DNA of 64,000 nt, taken from Eledone cirrhosa (Eukaryota). Numbering within the stretch: the first letter of the stretch is position 1; each line of letters starts with the position of its first letter. A model generated the notes under the pieces. It had not been told where the DNA came from. It made no database searches and saw only the letters and a list, made by a program, of their open reading frames with translations. Shown piece after piece: positions 56,901-64,000 of this stretch. Made by a program: the position numbers and the translations under genes. Location of the stretch: the NCBI GenBank assembly GCA_964016885.1, contig OZ024740.1, positions 426,436,001 through 426,500,000 of the forward strand. The letters are read 5' to 3'.

Positions 56901-59900
56901 CACAGTCCAGAACATCTAACAACCAATATCACAGTCCAGAACATCTAACAACCAATATCACAGCCCTGAACATGTAACAACCAATATCACAGTCCAGAAC
57001 ATGTAACAACCAATATCACAGTCCAGAACATGTAACAACCAATATCACAGTCCAGAACATGTAACAACCAATATCACAGTCCTGAACATGTAACAACCAA
57101 TATCACAGTCCTGAACATGTAACAACCAATATCACAGTCCAGAACATGTAACAACCAATATCACAGTCCTGAACATGTAACAACCAATATCACAGTCCTG
57201 AACATGTAACAACCAATATCACAGTCCTGAACATGTAACAACCAATATCACAGTCCTGAACATGTAACAACCAATATCACAGTCCAGAATATCTAACAAC
57301 CAATATCACAGTCCTGAACATGTAACAACCAATATCACAGTCCAGAACATGTAACAACCAATATCACAGTCCAGAACATGTAACAACCAATATCACTGTC
57401 CTGAACATGTAACAACCAATATCACAGTCCTGAACATGTAACAACCAATATCACAGTCCAGAACATGTAACAACCAATATCACAGTCCAGAACATGTAAC
57501 AACCAATATCACAGTCCAGAACATGTAACAACCAATATCACAGTCCTGAACATGTAACAACCAATATCACAGTCCTGAACATGTAACAACCAATATCACA
57601 GTCCAGAACATGTAACAACCAATATCACAGTCCAGAACATGTAACAACCAATATCACAGTCCAGAACATGTAACAACCAATATCACAGTCCTGAACATGT
57701 AACAACCAATAACACAGTCCTGAACATGTAACAACCAATATCACAGTCCAGAATATCTAACAACCAATATCACAGTCCTGAACATGTAACAACCAATATC
57801 ACAGTCCAGAACATGTAACAACCAATATCACAGTCCAGAACATGTAACAACCAATATCACAGTCCTGAACATGTAACAACCAATATCACAGTCCTGAACA
57901 TGTAACAACCGATATCACAGTCCAGAACATGTAACAACCAATATCACAGTCCTGAACATGTAACAACCAATATCACAGTCCTGAACATGTAACAACCAAT
58001 ATCACAGTCCAGAACATGTAACAACCAATATCACAGTCCTGAACATGTAACAACCAATATCACAGTCCAGAACATCTAACAACCAATATCACAGTCCAGA
58101 ACATCTAACAATCAATATCACAGTCCTGAACATGTAACAACCAATATCACAGTCCAGAACATGTAACAACCAATATCACAGTCCAGAACATGTAACAACC
58201 AATATCACAGTCCTGAACATGTAACAACCAATATCACAGTCCTGAACATGTAACAACCAATATCACAGTCCTGAACATGTAACAACCAATATCACAGTCC
58301 AGAATATCTAACAACCAATATCACAGTCCTGAACATGTAACAACCAATATCACAGTCCAGAACATGTAACAACCAATATCACAGTCCAGAACATGTAACA
58401 ACCAATATCACAGTCCTGAACATGTAACAACCAATATCACAGTCCTGAACATGTAACAACCAATATCATAGTCCAGAACATGTAACAACCAATATCACAG
58501 TCCAGAACATGTAACAACCAATATCACAGTCCAGAACATGTAACAACCAATATCACAGTCCTGAACATGTAACAACCAATATCACAGTCCTGAACATGTA
58601 ACAACCAATATCACAGTCCAGAACATGTAACAACCAATATCACAGTCCAGAACATGTAACAACCAATATCACAGTCCACAACATGTAACAACCAATATCA
58701 CAGTCCTGAACATGTAACAACCAATATCACAGTCCTGAACATGTAACAACCAATATCACAGTCCAGAATATCTAACAACCAATATCACAGTCCTGAACAT
58801 GTAACAACCAATATCACAGTCCAGAACATGTAACAACCAATATCACAGTCCAGAACATGTAACAACCAATATCACAGTCCTGAACATGTAACAACCAATA
58901 TCACAGTCCTGAACATGTAACAACCGATATCACAGTCCAGAACATGTAACAACCAATATCACAGTCCTGAACATGTAACAACCAATATCACAGTCCTGAA
59001 CATGTAACAACCAATATCACAGTCCTGAACATGTAACAACCAATATCACAGTCCAGAACATGTAACAACCAATATCACAGTCCTGAACATGTAACAACCA
59101 ATATCACAGTCCAGAACATCTAACAACCAATATCACAGTCCAGAACATCTAACAATCAATATCACAGTCCAGAGAATGTAACAACCAATATCACAGTCCA
59201 GAACATCTAACAACCAATATCACAGTCCAGAACATGTAACAACCAATATCACAGTCCAGAACATGTAACAACCAATATCACAGTCCAGAACATGTAACAA
59301 CCAATATCACAGTCCAGAACATGTAACAACCAATATCACAGTCCTGAACATGTAACAACCAATATCACAGTCCAGAACATGTAACAACCAATATCACAGT
59401 CCAGAACATGTAACAACCAATATCACAGTCCAGAACATGTAACAACCAATATCACAGTCCTGAACATGTAACAACCAATATCACAGTCCTGAACATGTAA
59501 CAACCAATATCACAGTCCAGAACATCTAACAACCAATATCACAGTCCAGAACATGTAACAACCAATATCACAGTCCAGAACATGTAACAACCAATATCAC
59601 AGTCCAGAACATCTAACAACCAATATCACAGTCCAGAACATCTAACAACCAATATCACAGTCCTGAACATGTAACAACCAATATCACAGTCCTGAACATG
59701 TAACAACCAATATCACAGTCCTGAACATGTAACAACCAATATCACAGTCCAGAACATCTAACAACCAATATCACAGTCCAGAACATCTAACAACCAATAT
59801 CACAGTCCAGAACATCTAACAACCAATATCACAGTCCAGAACATCTAACAACCAATATCACAGTCCTGAACATGTAACAACCAATATCACAGTCCAGAAC

Positions 59901-62900
59901 ATGTAACAACCAATATCACAGTCCTGAACATTTAACAACCAATATCACAGTCCAGAACATGTAACAACCAATATCACAGTCCAGAACATGTAACAACCAA
60001 TATCACAGTCCAGAACATGTAACAACCAATATCACAGTCCTGAACATGTAACAACCAATATCACAGTCCAGAACATGTAACAACCAATATCACAGTCCAG
60101 AACATGTAACAACCAATATCACAGTCCAGAACATGTAACAACCAATATCACAGTCCTGAACATGTAACAACCAATATCACAGTCCAGAAAATGTAACAAC
60201 CAATATCACAGTCCAGAACATGTAACAACCAATATCACAGTCCAGAACATGTAACAACCAATATCACAGTCCTGAACATGTAACAACCAATATCACAGTC
60301 CTGAACATGTAACAACCAATATCACAGTCCAGAACATGTAACAACCAATATCACAGTCCTGAACATGTAACAACCAATATCACAGTCCAGAACATCTAAC
60401 AACCAATATCACAGTCCAGAACATCTAACAACCAATATCACAGTCCAGAACATCTAACAACCAATATCACAGTCCAGAACATCTAACAACCAATATCACA
60501 GTCCAGAACATCTAACAACCAATATCACAGTCCTGAACATGTAACAACCAATATCACAGTCCAAAACATGTAACAACCAATATCACAGTCCTGAACATTT
60601 AACAACCAATATCACAGTCCAGAACATGTAACAACCAATATCACAGTCCAGAACATGTAACAACCAATATCACAGTCCAGAACATGTAACAACCAATATC
60701 ACAGTCCTGAACATGTAACAACCAATATCACAGTCCAGAACATGTAACAACCAATATCACAGTCCAGAACATGTAACAACCAATATCACAGTCCAGAACA
60801 TGTAACAACCAATATCACAGTCCTGAACATGTAACAACCAATATCACAGTCCAGAACATGTAACAACCAATATCACAGTCCAGAACATGTAACAACAAAT
60901 ATCACAGTCCAGAACATGTAACAACCAATATCACAGTCCTGAACATGTAACAACCAATATCACAGTCCTGAACATGTAACAACCAATATCACAGTCCAGA
61001 ACATGTAACAACCAATATCACAGTCCAGAACATGTAACAACCAATATCACAGTCCTGAACATGTAACAACCAATATCACAGTCCAGAACATGTAACAACC
61101 AATATCACAGTCCAGAACATGTAACAACCAATATCACAGTCCTGAACATGTAACAACCAATATCACGGTTCAGAACATGTAACAACCAATATCACAGTCC
61201 TGAACATGTAACAACCAATATCACAGTCCAGAACATGTAACAACCAATATCACAGTCCTGAACATGTAACAACCAATATCACAGTCCTGAACATGTAACA
61301 ACCAATATCACTGTCCAGAACATGTAACAACCAATATCACAGCCCTGAACATGTAACAACCAATATCACAGTCCAGAACATCTAACAACCAATATCACAG
61401 TCCAGAACATCTAACAACCAATATCACAGTCCAGAACATCTAACAACCAATATCACAGTCCAGAACATGTAACAACCAATATCACAGCCCAGAACATGTA
61501 ACAACCAATATCACAGTCCAGAACATGTAACAACCAATATCACAGTCCAGAACATGTAACAACCAATATCACAGTCCTGAACATGTAACAACCAATATCA
61601 CAGTCCAGAACATGTAACAACCAATATCACACTCCAGAACATGTAACAACCAATATCACAGCCCTGAACATGTAACAACCAATATCACAGTCCTGAACAT
61701 GTAACAACCAATATCACAGTCCAGAACATGTAACAACCAATATCACAATCCAGAACATGTAACAACCAATATCACAGTCCTGAACATGTAACAACCAATA
61801 TCACAGTCCAGAACATCTAACAACCAATATCACAGTCCTGAACATGTAACAACCAATATCACAGTCCAGAACATGTAACAACCAATATCACAGTCCTGAA
61901 CATGTAACAACCAATATCACAGTCCTGAACATGTAACAACCAATATCATAGTCCAGAACATGTAACAACCAATATCACAGTCCAGAACATGTAACAACCA
62001 ATATCACAGTCCAGAACATGTAACAACCAATATCACAGTCCTGAACATGTAACAACCAATATCACAGTCCTGAACATGTAACAACCAATATCACAGTCCA
62101 GAACATGTAACAACCAATATCACAGTCCAGAACATGTAACAACCAATATCACAGTCCACAACATGTAACAACCAATATCACAGTCCTGAACATGTAACAA
62201 CCAATATCACAGTCCTGAACATGTAACAACCAATATCACAGTCCAGAATATCTAACAACCAATATCACAGTCCTGAACATGTAACAACCAATATCACAGT
62301 CCAGAACATGTAACAACCAATATCACAGTCCAGAACATGTAACAACCAATATCACAGTCCTGAACATGTAACAACCAATATCACAGTCCTGAACATGTAA
62401 CAACCGATATCACAGTCCAGAACATGTAACAACCAATATCACAGTCCTGAACATGTAACAACCAATATCACAGTCCTGAACATGTAACAACCAATATCAC
62501 AGTCCTGAACATGTAACAACCAATATCACAGTCCAGAACATGTAACAACCAATATCACAGTCCTGAACATGTAACAACCAATATCACAGTCCAGAACATC
62601 TAACAACCAATATCACAGTCCAGAACATCTAACAATCAATATCACAGTCCAGAGAATGTAACAACCAATATCACAGTCCAGAACATCTAACAACCAATAT
62701 CACAGTCCAGAACATGTAACAACCAATATCACAGTCCAGAACATGTAACAACCAATATCACAGTCCAGAACATGTAACAACCAATATCACAGTCCAGAAC
62801 ATGTAACAACCAATATCACAGTCCTGAACATGTAACAACCAATATCACAGTCCAGAACATGTAACAACCAATATCACAGTCCAGAACATGTAACAACCAA

Positions 62901-64000
62901 TATCACAGTCCAGAACATGTAACAACCAATATCACAGTCCTGAACATGTAACAACCAATATCACAGTCCTGAACATGTAACAACCAATATCACAGTCCAG
63001 AACATCTAACAACCAATATCACAGTCCAGAACATGTAACAACCAATATCACAGTCCAGAACATGTAACAACCAATATCACAGTCCAGAACATCTAACAAC
63101 CAATATCACAGTCCAGAACATCTAACAACCAATATCACAGTCCTGAACATGTAACAACCAATATCACAGTCCTGAACATGTAACAACCAATATCACAGTC
63201 CTGAACATGTAACAACCAATATCACAGTCCAGAACATCTAACAACCAATATCACAGTCCAGAACATCTAACAACCAATATCACAGTCCAGAACATCTAAC
63301 AACCAATATCACAGTCCAGAACATCTAACAACCAATATCACAGTCCTGAACATGTAACAACCAATATCACAGTCCAGAACATGTAACAACCAATATCACA
63401 GTCCTGAACATTTAACAACCAATATCACAGTCCAGAACATGTAACAACCAATATCACAGTCCAGAACATGTAACAACCAATATCACAGTCCAGAACATGT
63501 AACAACCAATATCACAGTCCTGAACATGTAACAACCAATATCACAGTCCAGAACATGTAACAACCAATATCACAGTCCAGAACATGTAACAACCAATATC
63601 ACAGTCCAGAACATGTAACAACCAATATCACAGTCCTGAACATGTAACAACCAATATCACAGTCCAGAAAATGTAACAACCAATATCACAGTCCAGAACA
63701 TGTAACAACCAATATCACAGTCCAGAACATGTAACAACCAATATCACAGTCCTGAACATGTAACAACCAATATCACAGTCCTGAACATGTAACAACCAAT
63801 ATCACAGTCCAGAACATGTAACAACCAATATCACAGTCCTGAACATGTAACAACCAATATCACAGTCCAGAACATCTAACAACCAATATCACAGTCCAGA
63901 ACATCTAACAACCAATATCACAGTCCAGAACATCTAACAACCAATATCACAGTCCAGAACATCTAACAACCAATATCACAGTCCAGAACATCTAACAACC
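41944..64000. repeat. 29-bp satellite DNA, about 760 copies, running off the window end
   Basis: Unit AACATGTAACAACCAATATCACAGTCC(A/T)G with two dominant variants, a common CATCT variant and rare SNPs. Confidence 0.98.

Noticed and set aside
41944-64000. CRISPR-like array (29-bp repeat)
   Set aside because: Head-to-tail monomers with no unique spacers, no cas genes, and a eukaryotic context.
41944-64000. Arrays of p53 half-sites (GAACATGTAA) and CCAAT boxes
   Set aside because: Only an 8/10 match with unpaired half-sites; short motifs are multiplied trivially by tandem repetition.

Overview
Repeat-saturated, apparently gene-free animal DNA. The SINE families and dense microsatellites suggest an octopus or other coleoid cephalopod (inference). 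Bases 1-41.9 kb are a mosaic of mobile elements. These include a nearly intact Tx1-clade LINE, a 5'-truncated twin of it and a decayed relative; a near-full-length RTE LINE ending in three C2H2 fingers; three R4/Dong-type restriction-like-endonuclease LINE insertions plus a relic; a non-autonomous Helitron; tRNA-derived SINEs; and 42-bp and 27-bp minisatellites. Bases 41.9-64 kb are a 29-bp satellite with multi-kb internal duplications. Main observations: (1) LINE clades appear to partition microsatellites, Tx1 in (CTAT)n and R4-type in (CATA)n, each with a reproducible 3' junction phase. (2) Several short (TA)n-associated fold-back repeats carry minimal hammerhead-ribozyme motifs, including a U3-A8 core variant and one with a large branched stem II. 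(3) The satellite begins exactly where a SINE's tRNA head should end and may derive from it. No host gene, rRNA, true tRNA or CRISPR array was recognised. All alignments and folds were done by eye.
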